DNA of 64,000 bases. Origin: an uncultured delta proteobacterium (GTDB lineage Bacteria; Desulfobacterota; Syntrophia; Syntrophales; UBA2185). The stretch spans positions 64,001 through 128,000 of the forward strand of contig CAVSPA010000006.1 in assembly GCA_963729715.1 (NCBI GenBank). Direction: 5' to 3'. Made by a program: the position numbers and the translations under genes. The notes beneath the pieces are model-generated. The model had not been told where the DNA came from, did no database searches, and worked only from the letters and a program-made list of their open reading frames with translations. Shown here piece by piece: positions 28,679 through 39,044 of the stretch (positions are counted from its first letter, which is position 1; the number at the start of each line of letters is the position of its first letter).

Positions 28679-29701
28679 TTATTTTCGCTCACCCTTAGCC
28701 TTTCCCAGATGCCCCTCTTCCTGCAGCCACTGTTCTGTTATCTGCATTCCTTCCTTCAATGAGAGGCGGGGCCGATAACCGAGCTCGCGCCGCGCCTTTT
28801 CAATACTGAAGCAGGCTTTCTTGGTTAGAAAACCAACAGCCTGCCGCGTGATCTTTGGCTGCTTGCCGGTAAACTTTGAGGTTATTTCCATCCCGAGTGC
28901 GACGATTTTTCCGAGATGTGCGGGAACGGATCTCATCTGCGGTTTCCCGGCCATTTGTGCATAGCATCCGAAGAATTCTTTCCAGGGGAGGGCGATACCG
29001 TCGGTAATTATATAAGCCTGCCCAACGGCTTCGTCGCTTTTTACGGCCAGGAGCGTAGCGTCAATAAGATTATCGATATACACATAATTGCACAGACCTG
29101 TCCCACCGTTGATGAGCATCATTTTATCTGAGTTTATCATCTTGATAGGCCGCAGCGTCCATGGCTTGGAATGAGGCCCGTATACATTGGTGGGCCGGAT
29201 TACCACGACCGGCAGTCCTCTGTCCCGGTGATATGCCCATACGATCTTTTCCGCGGCGATCTTTGTATCGCAGTAAAGATTGCCGCAGAGCTGAAAGGCG
29301 GTGTCTTCATCCGCCCCATCCGGAGGATTGAGTCCGTATACGGCGACGCTGCTCATGTGAATGAACTTCTTGACGCCTGCTGCGACGGCAGCCTTCACGA
29401 TGTTCTCCGTCCCTTCCACATTTATTTGATAGAATTCCTTTTTCTTTCCCGTCTCACGGACAAGGGCCGCGCAGTGGAACACAAGGTCGCACCCCTCCAC
29501 GGCCTTCTTGAGAGATTGCGGATCAAGAAGATCCCCCTCAACTATTTCCAAGGGCAGCTTTGTTAGACGCCCCGCTTTCCCCGCGCTGCGCACCAGAGCG
29601 CGAACACGGACGTCTTCTTCAGTCGCCAATCTTTCCGTTAGGCGGCCGCCGATGAAGCCTGTGGCGCCTGTCACCAATGCGAGCAATCCACGAATTTCCA
29701 T
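28679..29701 (-). CDS. NAD-dependent epimerase/dehydratase (extended SDR)
   Basis: TGATGFIG, SSVAVYG, YxxxK (YCDTK), RP.NVYGP. Confidence 0.9.
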   Translation of the reverse strand: MEIRGLLALVTGATGFIGGRLTERLATEEDVRVRALVRSAGKAGRLTKLPLEIVEGDLLDPQSLKKAVEGCDLVFHCAALVRETGKKKEFYQINVEGTENIVKAAVAAGVKKFIHMSSVAVYGLNPPDGADEDTAFQLCGNLYCDTKIAAEKIVWAYHRDRGLPVVVIRPTNVYGPHSKPWTLRPIKMINSDKMMLINGGTGLCNYVYIDNLIDATLLAVKSDEAVGQAYIITDGIALPWKEFFGCYAQMAGKPQMRSVPAHLGKIVALGMEITSKFTGKQPKITRQAVGFLTKKACFSIEKARRELGYRPRLSLKEGMQITEQWLQEEGHLGKAKGERK

Positions 29702-29739
29702 GATGTCTCCTAAAGAATTATTGTACTCAATTCCCTATC

Positions 29740-32424
29740 TCACCCGTGTGCCTCGTCCCAGTTTCTTCCCGAGGCGATGTCCACCCTGAGAGGCACCTTC
29801 AGTTTGATCACCTCTTCCATCTCTTTCTTGACGAGGGCCAAGACTTCTTCCTTCTCCGCGAGGGGAACTTCAAAGACGAGTTCATCGTGGACCTGCATGA
29901 TCATGCTTGCCAGGAAGCGTTTTTTCGCCATCAGGTGTGAGATATTGATCATGGCCACTTTAATAAGGTCGGCCGCCGTCCCCTGAATTGGGGTGTTGAT
30001 TGCCGTGCGCTCAGCAAACTGCCTCACGGGGGCATTGCTGCTGTTTATCTCGGGAAGATAGCGACGCCGGTTGAGAAGGGTGGTAACGAACCCGTCTTTC
30101 CGTGCATTTGCGATGAGTCCATCCAGAAACGCTCTCACCTCCTGGTACTTGTTGAAATATTCGTCGATGTAAACCTGGGCTGTCTTCTGTGGCACATTGA
30201 GTTCCTTCGATAGACCGAAGGCGCTCATGCCGTAGAGGATGCCGAAATTGATAACCTTGGCCTGCCGTCTCATGTCCGATGTCACCATCTCCGGGAAGAC
30301 GCCGAAGACATTCGCCGCTGTTGCGGTATGGATATCAACATCCTCCATGAAGGCGTCGATCAAGGCGCTGTCACAGGAGAGATGCGCGAGTATCCGGAGT
30401 TCGATCTGGGAGTAATCGGCGGAGACGATTTCCCAGCCGCCCGGTGCGATGAAGGCCTGCCTGATTCTTTTCCCCTCCGGTGTCCTGATGGGGATATTCT
30501 GCAAGTTGGGATTGCTGCTGGAGAGCCTGCCTGTTGCCGTTACAGTCTGGTTGTAGGAGGTGTGGATGCGGCCTGTCTCCCTGTTGATCAGCAACGGCAG
30601 AGCATCGATGTAGGTTGACCGCAGCTTCGCCATGGTCCGGTATGACAGGATTTCTGCGGGCAGTTCGTGGCTCCGGGCGAGGTTGGTTAAGACTTCAATG
30701 TCCGTCGAGTGGCCCTCTTTCGTTTTCCTCCCCTTGGGGAGACCGAGCTTTTCGAAGAGAACCACCTGGAGCTGTTTCGGCGAACTGATATTGAATTTTT
30801 CTCCGGCCAACTGGTAGATCTTTTCTTCGGTGAGAGACATTAGTTGTTCGATCTCTCTCGACATCGCAGCAAGGAGCTGTGTATCCAGGAGGACGCCCTT
30901 CTTCTCCATGGCGGCAAGAACGGAAATGACGGGCAACTCTACCTCATAGTAAAGGACTTTGAATCCATCTTGTACAATTTTTCCATGCAGCGCTGCGGCA
31001 AGTGCCAAGATGGCATCGGCCCTCCGGCATGCGTAATCCCTGACATTTTCAACAGGGATAGCACTGAAACAAATAGCCTTCGCGCCGCTGCCGATCAAAT
31101 CCTTCGGATGTGTAATATGCATGCCGAGGTGATTCCTGACTACATCGGCGAGCTCGAAGCTGTGCTTTGCCGGATTCAGTATGTAGGTGGCAACCATCGT
31201 GTCGCACCCCAGACCCTGCAGATTTACGCCGCTTCGGGCCAGGATGATCATAGCATTCTTCATATCGTGGCCGTGCTTCTTGATGCCGTTACTGGAAAGG
31301 AAGGGTGTCAGGCCCTTCAGGACATCGCGTGACGTGAGCTGCTGCGGCATTCCCATATACGCGTGGGAAAGCGGGATGTAGAAGGCTTCTCCCGGGGAGA
31401 GGCAGATAGAGATGCCGATAATATCGGCAAGCATCGGTACATCCGCATTCGCGACTATATCAAAAGAAAATTCGTTCACATGCCCGAGCCGTTCAATCAG
31501 GGCTGTGAATTCGGCATCTGTGAGGATGAGACTGTATTGCCCCTTGATCGATTCATCTTTGCTTTTCAGTTCCTGAAGGAGCGATGAGAATTCAAATTCC
31601 CTGAACAGGGCCTGCAATGCCTTATTGTCAGGCCCCGAATAGCGCGTGCTTTCGAGGTCAATATTAAAGTCAGCGTCCGTCCTGATTCTGGCGAGATCGT
31701 GGCTCATTCTGGCCTGGTCGGCGAACGACCGCAAACTTTCGCGCGTCTTCGGGTTTCGCACCTTGTCGATGTTTTGCAGAACTCCCTCCACAGACCCGAA
31801 TTCCTCAATCAGGCGCTGTGCGGTCTTCGGACCTATACCGGGAACGCCCGGGATGTTATCCGATTGATCGCCCGTGAGACCGAGAATTTCTATTACCTTC
31901 TCAGGGCCGACGCCAAATCGCTCCCTCACGGCTTCGACATCGTAGGACTTGTCCTTCATGGTATCTATCATCATGATGTTATCGGAAACGAGCTGCATCA
32001 TGTCCTTGTCTCCGGAGACGATGACCGTCCTGAAATTCCTATTCGCGTACTTCACGGCCAGAGTCCCGATAATGTCGTCCGCCTCCAGTCCCTGCATTTC
32101 TAGGACAGGTATGGAAAAGCCGCGGACAATGTCCTTGATATGGGGTATCTGCAGTATCAGGTCATCGGGCGTGGGTCTTCTCGTGGCCTTGTACGCCTCG
32201 AATGCCTCATGGCGGAATGTGGGCCCCTTGAGGTCGAAGACAACGGCGACATACTGCGGCTTCCAGTCCCGCAGCAGCTTCAGGAGCATCGTGGTAAATC
32301 CATAGATTGCATTGGTGGGGAAACCTTTGGAATTGGACAATTCTCTAATTGCATAATAGGCGCGATATACGTAATTGCTGCCGTCGATCAAGAACATGGT
32401 GGGGTTTTCAGCTTCTTCTGTCAT
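29740..32424 (-). CDS. polA: DNA polymerase I
   Basis: 5'-nuclease LIDG..YRAY; motifs ADYSQIELR, KVINFGILYG, QVHDELVFE. Confidence 0.97.
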   Translation of the reverse strand: MTEEAENPTMFLIDGSNYVYRAYYAIRELSNSKGFPTNAIYGFTTMLLKLLRDWKPQYVAVVFDLKGPTFRHEAFEAYKATRRPTPDDLILQIPHIKDIVRGFSIPVLEMQGLEADDIIGTLAVKYANRNFRTVIVSGDKDMMQLVSDNIMMIDTMKDKSYDVEAVRERFGVGPEKVIEILGLTGDQSDNIPGVPGIGPKTAQRLIEEFGSVEGVLQNIDKVRNPKTRESLRSFADQARMSHDLARIRTDADFNIDLESTRYSGPDNKALQALFREFEFSSLLQELKSKDESIKGQYSLILTDAEFTALIERLGHVNEFSFDIVANADVPMLADIIGISICLSPGEAFYIPLSHAYMGMPQQLTSRDVLKGLTPFLSSNGIKKHGHDMKNAMIILARSGVNLQGLGCDTMVATYILNPAKHSFELADVVRNHLGMHITHPKDLIGSGAKAICFSAIPVENVRDYACRRADAILALAAALHGKIVQDGFKVLYYEVELPVISVLAAMEKKGVLLDTQLLAAMSREIEQLMSLTEEKIYQLAGEKFNISSPKQLQVVLFEKLGLPKGRKTKEGHSTDIEVLTNLARSHELPAEILSYRTMAKLRSTYIDALPLLINRETGRIHTSYNQTVTATGRLSSSNPNLQNIPIRTPEGKRIRQAFIAPGGWEIVSADYSQIELRILAHLSCDSALIDAFMEDVDIHTATAANVFGVFPEMVTSDMRRQAKVINFGILYGMSAFGLSKELNVPQKTAQVYIDEYFNKYQEVRAFLDGLIANARKDGFVTTLLNRRRYLPEINSSNAPVRQFAERTAINTPIQGTAADLIKVAMINISHLMAKKRFLASMIMQVHDELVFEVPLAEKEEVLALVKKEMEEVIKLKVPLRVDIASGRNWDEAHG

Positions 32425-32492
32425 CGCACTCTTTCATTCATTACTATTCCCCACTTTGGAAAGGGGGCAGGGGGGGATTTAATATCCTTCGT

Positions 32493-32939
32493 TCACAATT
32501 CAAACGTCGCATCGATCTTGAAAGTCTGTGCGGCGGTCATGCTGATGATGTCCGTGACGCCCGTTTTGTCGCGTATTTCGCCGAGGGATTTCTTCAGCGT
32601 CTCCTCATCCGCTGCAATGAAAGTGAACCAGAGATTGTATTCATGGCTTCTTCGGTAATTGTGTGTGACGCCGGGATAGGAGTTTACAACCGCGACGAAC
32701 TGTTTCAATTTTTCTTTGGGAACCCTGGCGGCGCACAGGGTGCTCGCATAGCCCATCTTCTTGGAATCAAAGACAGCCCCGATCCGGCGGATGATTCCTT
32801 CTTCCTTCAATTTCTTAATGCGCAGAAGAGCGTCATCCTCACTAACGCCTGCCTTAGCAGCCACTGCCTTGAAGGGTTCTTCAACTACAGGGAAGTCCTT
32901 CTGGATGATATTCAAAATCTTTTTGTCGACGCTATCCAT
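32493..32939 (-). CDS. ahbA: Sirohaem decarboxylase subunit (AhbA/NirD-like)
   Basis: IQKDFP..PF, IIRRIGA, GVTHNYRR..YNLWFT; lies in the haem operon. Confidence 0.8.
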   Translation of the reverse strand: MDSVDKKILNIIQKDFPVVEEPFKAVAAKAGVSEDDALLRIKKLKEEGIIRRIGAVFDSKKMGYASTLCAARVPKEKLKQFVAVVNSYPGVTHNYRRSHEYNLWFTFIAADEETLKKSLGEIRDKTGVTDIISMTAAQTFKIDATFEL

Positions 32940-32957
32940 TTTAAAAATGTTCTTCAG

Positions 32958-33161
32958 TCATTTCAGCTTATTTAACTTGTCCCACTTAAAGATCACTAGA
33001 TACAAGAAAAATAAACCGATAAGTATTGTTACGGGCGCGAATATCAACCCGCCCCACCGATTTTGATAAAATTAATTTCCTTTCAATAAACTCCGCACAC
33101 CGGTAAATATTATGGCAAGTGCGATCAGAGTGGCGAATGATTGAAGAAATATCTTTCTCAA
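32958..33161 (-). pseudogene. Small two-helix membrane protein with internal stop
   Basis: LRKIFLQSFATLIALAIIFTGVRSLLKGN*FYQNRWGGLIFAPVTILIGLFFLYLVIFKWDKLNKLK*; in-frame TAA at 33074-33072. Confidence 0.45.
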
Positions 33162-33245
33162 ATTTGACTTCTTTACCTACTTATCATCAACACCGTATGC
33201 TTGGGTTCTTTCGTATCGATTCTTCCCATGAGACACAGGAATGCC

Positions 33246-34304
33246 TCATCTTTTCGGTTCGTAAATGCAGAAGGGTTCTTGGGCTAAGTAGTCTCCCGTG
33301 ATCTCGTAGGCCCGTGCGCGGCACCCGCCGCATACTTTGATGAATTTGCAATAGCCGCATTTGCCTTTGTATTTATTCAAATCACGGAGGTCTGCAAATA
33401 TCGGGGAACTGTTCCAGATGTCTCTGAATCGTTCTTCTTTGATCTGACCGCAGTCGACCTCCAGATAGCCGCAGGGCTGCACCTGTCCTGTATGAGAGAT
33501 AAAGCAGAAGGAGCTTCCACCCAGACAACCGCGCGTCATGGCATGCAAAGGATCTCCTGGCCCCTCCTCCCTGCCCCCTTTCCCCTGTGTTCTCTGCTTC
33601 AGGATGCGGTAATAATGGGGCGCGCATGTAGCCTTCAGTTGTATCGGGCAATTGAGGCTTTTCTCATAGAACCAGTTGAGCGTTTTTTCGTAATCTGCGG
33701 GAGATATGGCCTGCTCTGCCATCTCTTTTCCCCGGCCGGCGGGAACGAGGAGGAAGATATGGTGTGCGGCAGCGCCTAATCTTACGGCCAAATCCATGAT
33801 GCCGGGCAGTTGATTGAGATTGGCTTTGGTTATAGTCGTGTTGATCTGGAATTCCATGCCGGCTTTCTTCATTGCCTCAGTGCCGGCGAGCGCTCCCTCA
33901 AAGGCGCCCGCCGCCATGCGGAAGGCATCGTGCATTTCCGCATTCAAACCATCGATGCTGATGCTGACGCGCTTAATGCCCGCCCTGAGCATGTTTCCGG
34001 CAATGTGCTCCGTGACCAGGGTTCCGTTGGTAGCTAAAACCATGCGGAGTCCTTTCCTGTCTCCGTAGGCGGCGATATCAAATATGTCGGGACGGAGGAG
34101 CGGTTCCCCGCCGGTCAGAATGATCACAGGTTTGCTTACGGCGGCAATCTCATCCATAAGATGCAAGGCCTCGTCTGTCGTGAGTTCACCGGCATAAGAG
34201 CCGTGTTTGGCCGATGCCCGGCAGTGGATGCAAGCTAGGTTGCAGCTCCGGGTCACTTCCCAGGCAACCATGCGAAGGGTATGCGGCAGCACTTTCTTAT
34301 TCAT
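33246..34304 (-). CDS. ahbD: Radical SAM haem b synthase
   Basis: [39 protein letters not shown] cysteines. Confidence 0.88.
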   Translation of the reverse strand: MNKKVLPHTLRMVAWEVTRSCNLACIHCRASAKHGSYAGELTTDEALHLMDEIAAVSKPVIILTGGEPLLRPDIFDIAAYGDRKGLRMVLATNGTLVTEHIAGNMLRAGIKRVSISIDGLNAEMHDAFRMAAGAFEGALAGTEAMKKAGMEFQINTTITKANLNQLPGIMDLAVRLGAAAHHIFLLVPAGRGKEMAEQAISPADYEKTLNWFYEKSLNCPIQLKATCAPHYYRILKQRTQGKGGREEGPGDPLHAMTRGCLGGSSFCFISHTGQVQPCGYLEVDCGQIKEERFRDIWNSSPIFADLRDLNKYKGKCGYCKFIKVCGGCRARAYEITGDYLAQEPFCIYEPKR

Positions 34305-35275
34305 TTCTGGAGAAACTTTGCCGCCTCCGTGGCAAAATAGGTAATGATGATATCCGCACCAGCCCTCTTGATGGAGGTGAGCGCTTCCATCATCGCCCTT
34401 TCTCCGTCCATCCAGCCAAGTTTGGCCGCTGCCTTGATCATGGAGAATTCGCCGCTCACATTGTAGGCCGCAACGGGTAGGTCAAACTCCTCCCGCGCGC
34501 GGCGGATGATATCGAGGTAGGGCAGGGCGGGTTTGACCATGATGACATCGGCTCCTTCTTCGACATCGAGGCTTATCTCACGGATGGCCTCGTCTCCGTT
34601 GGCCGGATCCATCTGGTAGGCCTTGCGGTCGCCGAACTGAGGGGCGCTTTCCGCGGCCTCACGGAACGGGCCGTAGAAACAGGAGGCATATTTGGCGGAA
34701 TAGGCCATGATCGGCAGGTTTTCGAAGCCGGCTTCATCGAGGGCATCACGGATGGCGCCGACCTGGCCGTCCATCATGGCGGACGGGGCAACCATGTCCG
34801 CACCCGCTTTTGCATGCGACAGGGCGGTTTCCGCTATGACTTCGAGCGATGCGTCATTGTCCACTTCGTCCTTCTCGATCATCCCGCAGTGGCCGTGGCT
34901 CGTGTATTCGCAGAGGCACACATCGGTAATGACGATGATGTCGGGAACCTTGTCTTTGATCCTTTTGACTGCCTGCTGAACAACGCCGTTTTTCATGAAG
35001 GCCCCGGATGCCACCTCGTCCTTTTTATCCGGGATGCCGAAGAGGAGAACGGCAGGGATGCCCAAGTCTTTCGCCTTTTGCACTTCTTTCACCAGATTGT
35101 CAGCGGACATTTGAAAATTTCCCGGCATAGAACTGATCGGTTTTTTCAAGTCCTTTCCGAAGGTCGCAAAAAGAGGATAAACGAAATTGTCGACGGACAG
35201 CTTCGTCTCGCGGATCATCCTCCGGAAATTTTCATTTTTTCTCAACCGCCGCGGTCTGTAAGCAGGAAAATACAT
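34301..35275 (-). CDS. hemB: Porphobilinogen synthase
   Basis: [39 protein letters not shown]. Confidence 0.97.
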   Translation of the reverse strand: MYFPAYRPRRLRKNENFRRMIRETKLSVDNFVYPLFATFGKDLKKPISSMPGNFQMSADNLVKEVQKAKDLGIPAVLLFGIPDKKDEVASGAFMKNGVVQQAVKRIKDKVPDIIVITDVCLCEYTSHGHCGMIEKDEVDNDASLEVIAETALSHAKAGADMVAPSAMMDGQVGAIRDALDEAGFENLPIMAYSAKYASCFYGPFREAAESAPQFGDRKAYQMDPANGDEAIREISLDVEEGADVIMVKPALPYLDIIRRAREEFDLPVAAYNVSGEFSMIKAAAKLGWMDGERAMMEALTSIKRAGADIIITYFATEAAKFLQK

Positions 35276-35304
35276 AATCTATTCTGACCCTCCTTTTCTT
35301 ATGT

Positions 35305-36825
35305 TCATGCTTTTTTACTGAAATATTTTATCAGCGCTTCAACCAGGCCCGGTATGGTATAGCGTTCCTGGATTATATCCGTGGGAAGGCCGGCCTTCTT
35401 GACGGCTGCGGCTGTGACCGGTCCGATACAGGCGATCCGTACTCCCTTCGGCGTCGCATAATTCCGTCCCATGATTTCCATGAAATTATGAACTGTCGAA
35501 GGGCTGGTAAATGTGATCACGTCCACCTTTCCCTCGCTCATCAATTTTTCAAGCTCTGCTTTATCTTTTCCCGAATTGACTGTTCGATATGCTGTTACCA
35601 CATCGACCTTGGTCCCGAGTTTCGCAAGTCCTTCAGGAATGACATCGCGGGCCGTATCGGCTCTCGGAAGCAGTATCCTGCTTCTCCTCAAATTGATCTT
35701 CTCAAACGCCTTGACCACGCCCTCGGAGATAAACTGGTCAGGCACAAGATCAACCAAGATGCCGAGCTGTTCAAGCTGGGACGCTGTGGCGGGCCCGATC
35801 GTGCAGATACGTAGTCCTTTGAGGTCCCGGATATCCCGTCCAAGTTCTTTCAGACGCCTCAAGAAGAAGACTACGCCGTTCGCGCTGGTGAAGATGATCC
35901 ACTGATATGCCGAGAGTTCGGCGATGGCGCGGTCGAGATCGTCATAACTCACAGGCGGGACGATCTTGATTGTCGGGAAATTTATCACCCGTGCACCCTG
36001 CGCATGGAGAAGGCCTGCGAATTCTTCCGATTGCGCCTCGGGTCTTGTGATCACAATGCCTTTGCCGAAGAGCGGCTGCGTCTCGTACCAGTTGAGCACG
36101 CTCCGCAGATCCACGACGCCGCCTACCACTAAAATAGCCGGAGGAGAAAAATGTTTTTCCTCTGCTTTCGTGGCAATGTCGCTGATGGTGCCTGTCAGGG
36201 TCTCCTGATTTTCCGTCGTCCCCCAACGGATGAGGGCGGCGGGTGTATCCGCATGTTTGCCATGCGTGCTCAGATTGGCGGTGATCCGGCCGAGATTCCT
36301 GACGCCCATGAGAAAGACAACGGTGCCGATTCCCGCCAGAGACTTCCAGTCGATATCGCTCTCTTCTTTTGTCGCATCTTCATGGCCTGTCACAAAGGCG
36401 ACTGTAGACGCATGGCCGCGATGCGTGAGCGGGATACCCGCGTACGCCGGGACTGCAGCGGCGGAGGTTACGCCTGGCACCACCTCAAAGGGGATGCCGG
36501 ACTGTGCCAGGATTTCCGCCTCTTCCCCGCCGCGCCCAAAGATGAAGGGATCTCCGCCCTTGACTCTTGCGACAACGTTACCCTGATTTGCTTCTTCAAG
36601 GAGGAGTCGATTTATTTCATCCTGCGGCAGGGTGTGGTCTCCTCCTTTTTTCCCCGCATAGATCAGGCGCGCCGACTCCTTTGCCTGATGAATGATCTCC
36701 GAGTTCACAAGGAAGTCGTAGATGATGACATCAGCTTCTTTAAGGCATCTCAAGCCCTTTATCGTAAACAGTCCGGGGTCTCCCGGGCCGGCCCCGATGA
36801 TATAAACTTTACCCTTGTTCACCAC
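35305..36825 (-). CDS. cobA: Uroporphyrinogen-III methyltransferase / synthase fusion (CobA-HemD)
   Basis: GAGPGDPGL, KGGDPFIFGRGGEE, then HemD FTSANGV and FTSPST. GTG start after GAAAGGGG. Confidence 0.92.
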   Translation of the reverse strand: MVNKGKVYIIGAGPGDPGLFTIKGLRCLKEADVIIYDFLVNSEIIHQAKESARLIYAGKKGGDHTLPQDEINRLLLEEANQGNVVARVKGGDPFIFGRGGEEAEILAQSGIPFEVVPGVTSAAAVPAYAGIPLTHRGHASTVAFVTGHEDATKEESDIDWKSLAGIGTVVFLMGVRNLGRITANLSTHGKHADTPAALIRWGTTENQETLTGTISDIATKAEEKHFSPPAILVVGGVVDLRSVLNWYETQPLFGKGIVITRPEAQSEEFAGLLHAQGARVINFPTIKIVPPVSYDDLDRAIAELSAYQWIIFTSANGVVFFLRRLKELGRDIRDLKGLRICTIGPATASQLEQLGILVDLVPDQFISEGVVKAFEKINLRRSRILLPRADTARDVIPEGLAKLGTKVDVVTAYRTVNSGKDKAELEKLMSEGKVDVITFTSPSTVHNFMEIMGRNYATPKGVRIACIGPVTAAAVKKAGLPTDIIQERYTIPGLVEALIKYFSKKA

Positions 36826-37759
36826 AGAAAAGCCCCTTTCTGTAAACCTCATCCATTATCTCCTGTCCGCCCTTCGACAAGATTCTTTCCGCAAGTGATG
36901 TCCCCAGAATCTCGGCGTCTCCACTCATTCCTCTTACTTCATCCTTTATCAACTCTTTGCCGTCCAGGCTTCCGAGCAGTCCCGTAACGGTCAGGTCGTT
37001 TCCTTCTTTCACACCGTAGGCGGCTACCGGCAACTGGCATCCCCCGCCCAGTCTCCCCATAAATGCCCGCTCCGCGGTCACCTCCATCCATGTACGGGGA
37101 TGATTGAGGAAGGAAACGGCGCGGCTGACGTCGTTATCGTTTTTTCTCAACTCTATGCCGAGGGCGCCCTGGCCTGCGGCGGGGAGCATCATTTCCACCG
37201 GAATGATCTGTGTGATACGGTCCGCCCATCCCATCCGCTTGAGCCCGGCTGCCGCCACAATGATGCCGTCGAGGCCGTCAGTTTGAATCTTTCTTATGCG
37301 TGTATCGAGGTTGCCGCGTATAGGAACGAGTTCTATGTCCGGAAAAAGGTGAAGGAGCTGGAACCCCCTCCTCAGGGAACCCGTGCCGATGCGCGCGCCG
37401 ACCGGCATATCCGCAAGCTTTTTTTGGTCTTTCGAGATCAGCACGTCGTGTGGGTCTTCCCTTTCCGACATTACGCTGATCTCCAGACCTTCCGGGAGTT
37501 CCATGGGCACGTCCTTCATGCTATGGACGGCGATATCTACTTCGTTCCGGAGGAGGGCGTCCTCGATCTCTTTCACAAAGAGTCCCTTTCCCCCCACTTT
37601 CGCCAAAGGCACATCCTGGAGAATATCTCCCTTTGTCTTGATCACTACAGTCTCTACGGCGATGGCGGGCGTTATTCTCCGCAACTTCTCTGCAACCCAA
37701 TTCGCTTGCGTCAGCGCGAGAAGGCTTCCCCGTGTTCCGATTCTCAGAATGCTTCTAAT
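36809..37759 (-). CDS. hemC: Hydroxymethylbilane synthase (probable ATT start)
   Basis: ILRIGTRGSLLAL lies upstream of the ORF-track start; GGKGLFVKEIE, VHSMKD, RGNLDTR, GGCQLP. Confidence 0.93.
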   Translation of the reverse strand: MRSILRIGTRGSLLALTQANWVAEKLRRITPAIAVETVVIKTKGDILQDVPLAKVGGKGLFVKEIEDALLRNEVDIAVHSMKDVPMELPEGLEISVMSEREDPHDVLISKDQKKLADMPVGARIGTGSLRRGFQLLHLFPDIELVPIRGNLDTRIRKIQTDGLDGIIVAAAGLKRMGWADRITQIIPVEMMLPAAGQGALGIELRKNDNDVSRAVSFLNHPRTWMEVTAERAFMGRLGGGCQLPVAAYGVKEGNDLTVTGLLGSLDGKELIKDEVRGMSGDAEILGTSLAERILSKGGQEIMDEVYRKGLFCGEQG

Positions 37760-37771
37760 TGGCCTGCCTCC

Positions 37772-39040
37772 TCATTTATCATCCAGTCCGAACAGCCTCC
37801 TGATCGCTGCGATGTAAGGCAGCGCGCTGTTATCCTTGCTCTCCTCCTTCAGTCCGACAATCGGATCGTGCAGCACCTTGTTGATAATGGAATTCGCCAT
37901 GATCTCCACATTTCTTTTTTCATCTTCCGTAAGATTTTCCATCCATGCGGAGGACCTCGCAATCTCTCCTCTAATGATGCCTTCCATTTTTTCCCGCAGG
38001 GAGATGATCGTCGGCACGACTTCGAGGGTGCTGTACCATTCGAGATACCTTGTCACTTCTTCGTCTATGATGGTCTCCGCCTTCTCGGCCTCCTTGTTAC
38101 GGCTTTTCAGATTGCTATCCACAATATCCTGAAGGTCGTCGATATTGTATAGGTACACGTTGTCGATCTCCCCCACCGCCGGGTCGATATCTCTCGGCAC
38201 GGCGATGTCGATAAGAAAGAGAAGACGGTTCTTGCGCCTGCGGATGGACGCTTCGATCATTGGGGGTGTAAGCACGTAGCCGGGGGCCCCTGTCGAAGTT
38301 ATTACAATATCGACTTCGTGCAACTTTTCCGGGAGCCTGTCAAACTCTATTGCTGTGCCGTGAACATCTTCGGCCATCTTCACTGCGCGCGCATACGTCC
38401 TGTTGGTGATGAATATCTTTCCCACCCTGCGACTGATAAGATGTTTTGCCGCAAGCTCCGACATCTCACCGGCTCCGATGAGGAGAACATTCCTCTCTTC
38501 AATAGCGCCGAATATCTTTTTTGCAAGTTCCACGGCGGCGAAACTGACGGACACGGCATTGTTGGCAATTCCTGTTTCGCTCCTCACCCTCTTCGCCACC
38601 CTGAATGCGTGATGGAGGATCTTATTCAGTATGACACCGGTTGCGTTATGATCAACAGCGGTGCGGAACGCATCCTTGATCTGTCCCAGAATCTGCGGCT
38701 CCCCCATGACCATAGAGTCGATGCTCGATGCCACGCGGAACAGATGGCGCACCGCTTCATGGTCATGGTGCAGATAAAGGCATTTGTTCATCTCTTCTGC
38801 GGACAGATTGCCGTGATGAAAAATAAAATCCCTGAGCCGCCCCACTGCGCCCTCACTATCTGCGGTATTTGCGAGGACCTCTACACGGTTGCAGGTGGCA
38901 AGATACAGACCTTCCTTTATTTCCGGGATGTTCATAATCTCCGCAAGATGGTTGATGTCGTCCCCGCAGGATAGAGAAAGGCGTTCCCTGATTTCAAGGG
39001 GGGCCGTTTTATGGTTCATGCCGATAAGAATGATATTCAT
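37772..39040 (-). CDS. hemA: Glutamyl-tRNA reductase
   Basis: HKTAPLEIRE, TCNRVE, GEPQILGQ, GAGEM, DIAVPRD. Confidence 0.97.
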   Translation of the reverse strand: MNIILIGMNHKTAPLEIRERLSLSCGDDINHLAEIMNIPEIKEGLYLATCNRVEVLANTADSEGAVGRLRDFIFHHGNLSAEEMNKCLYLHHDHEAVRHLFRVASSIDSMVMGEPQILGQIKDAFRTAVDHNATGVILNKILHHAFRVAKRVRSETGIANNAVSVSFAAVELAKKIFGAIEERNVLLIGAGEMSELAAKHLISRRVGKIFITNRTYARAVKMAEDVHGTAIEFDRLPEKLHEVDIVITSTGAPGYVLTPPMIEASIRRRKNRLLFLIDIAVPRDIDPAVGEIDNVYLYNIDDLQDIVDSNLKSRNKEAEKAETIIDEEVTRYLEWYSTLEVVPTIISLREKMEGIIRGEIARSSAWMENLTEDEKRNVEIMANSIINKVLHDPIVGLKEESKDNSALPYIAAIRRLFGLDDK

Positions 39041-39044
39041 GGTG

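Noticed and set aside
37772..37774. Selenocysteine recoding of the hemA TGA
   Set aside because: HemA ends at its normal C-terminus; the downstream sequence is a strong RBS and no SECIS-like hairpin was recognised.
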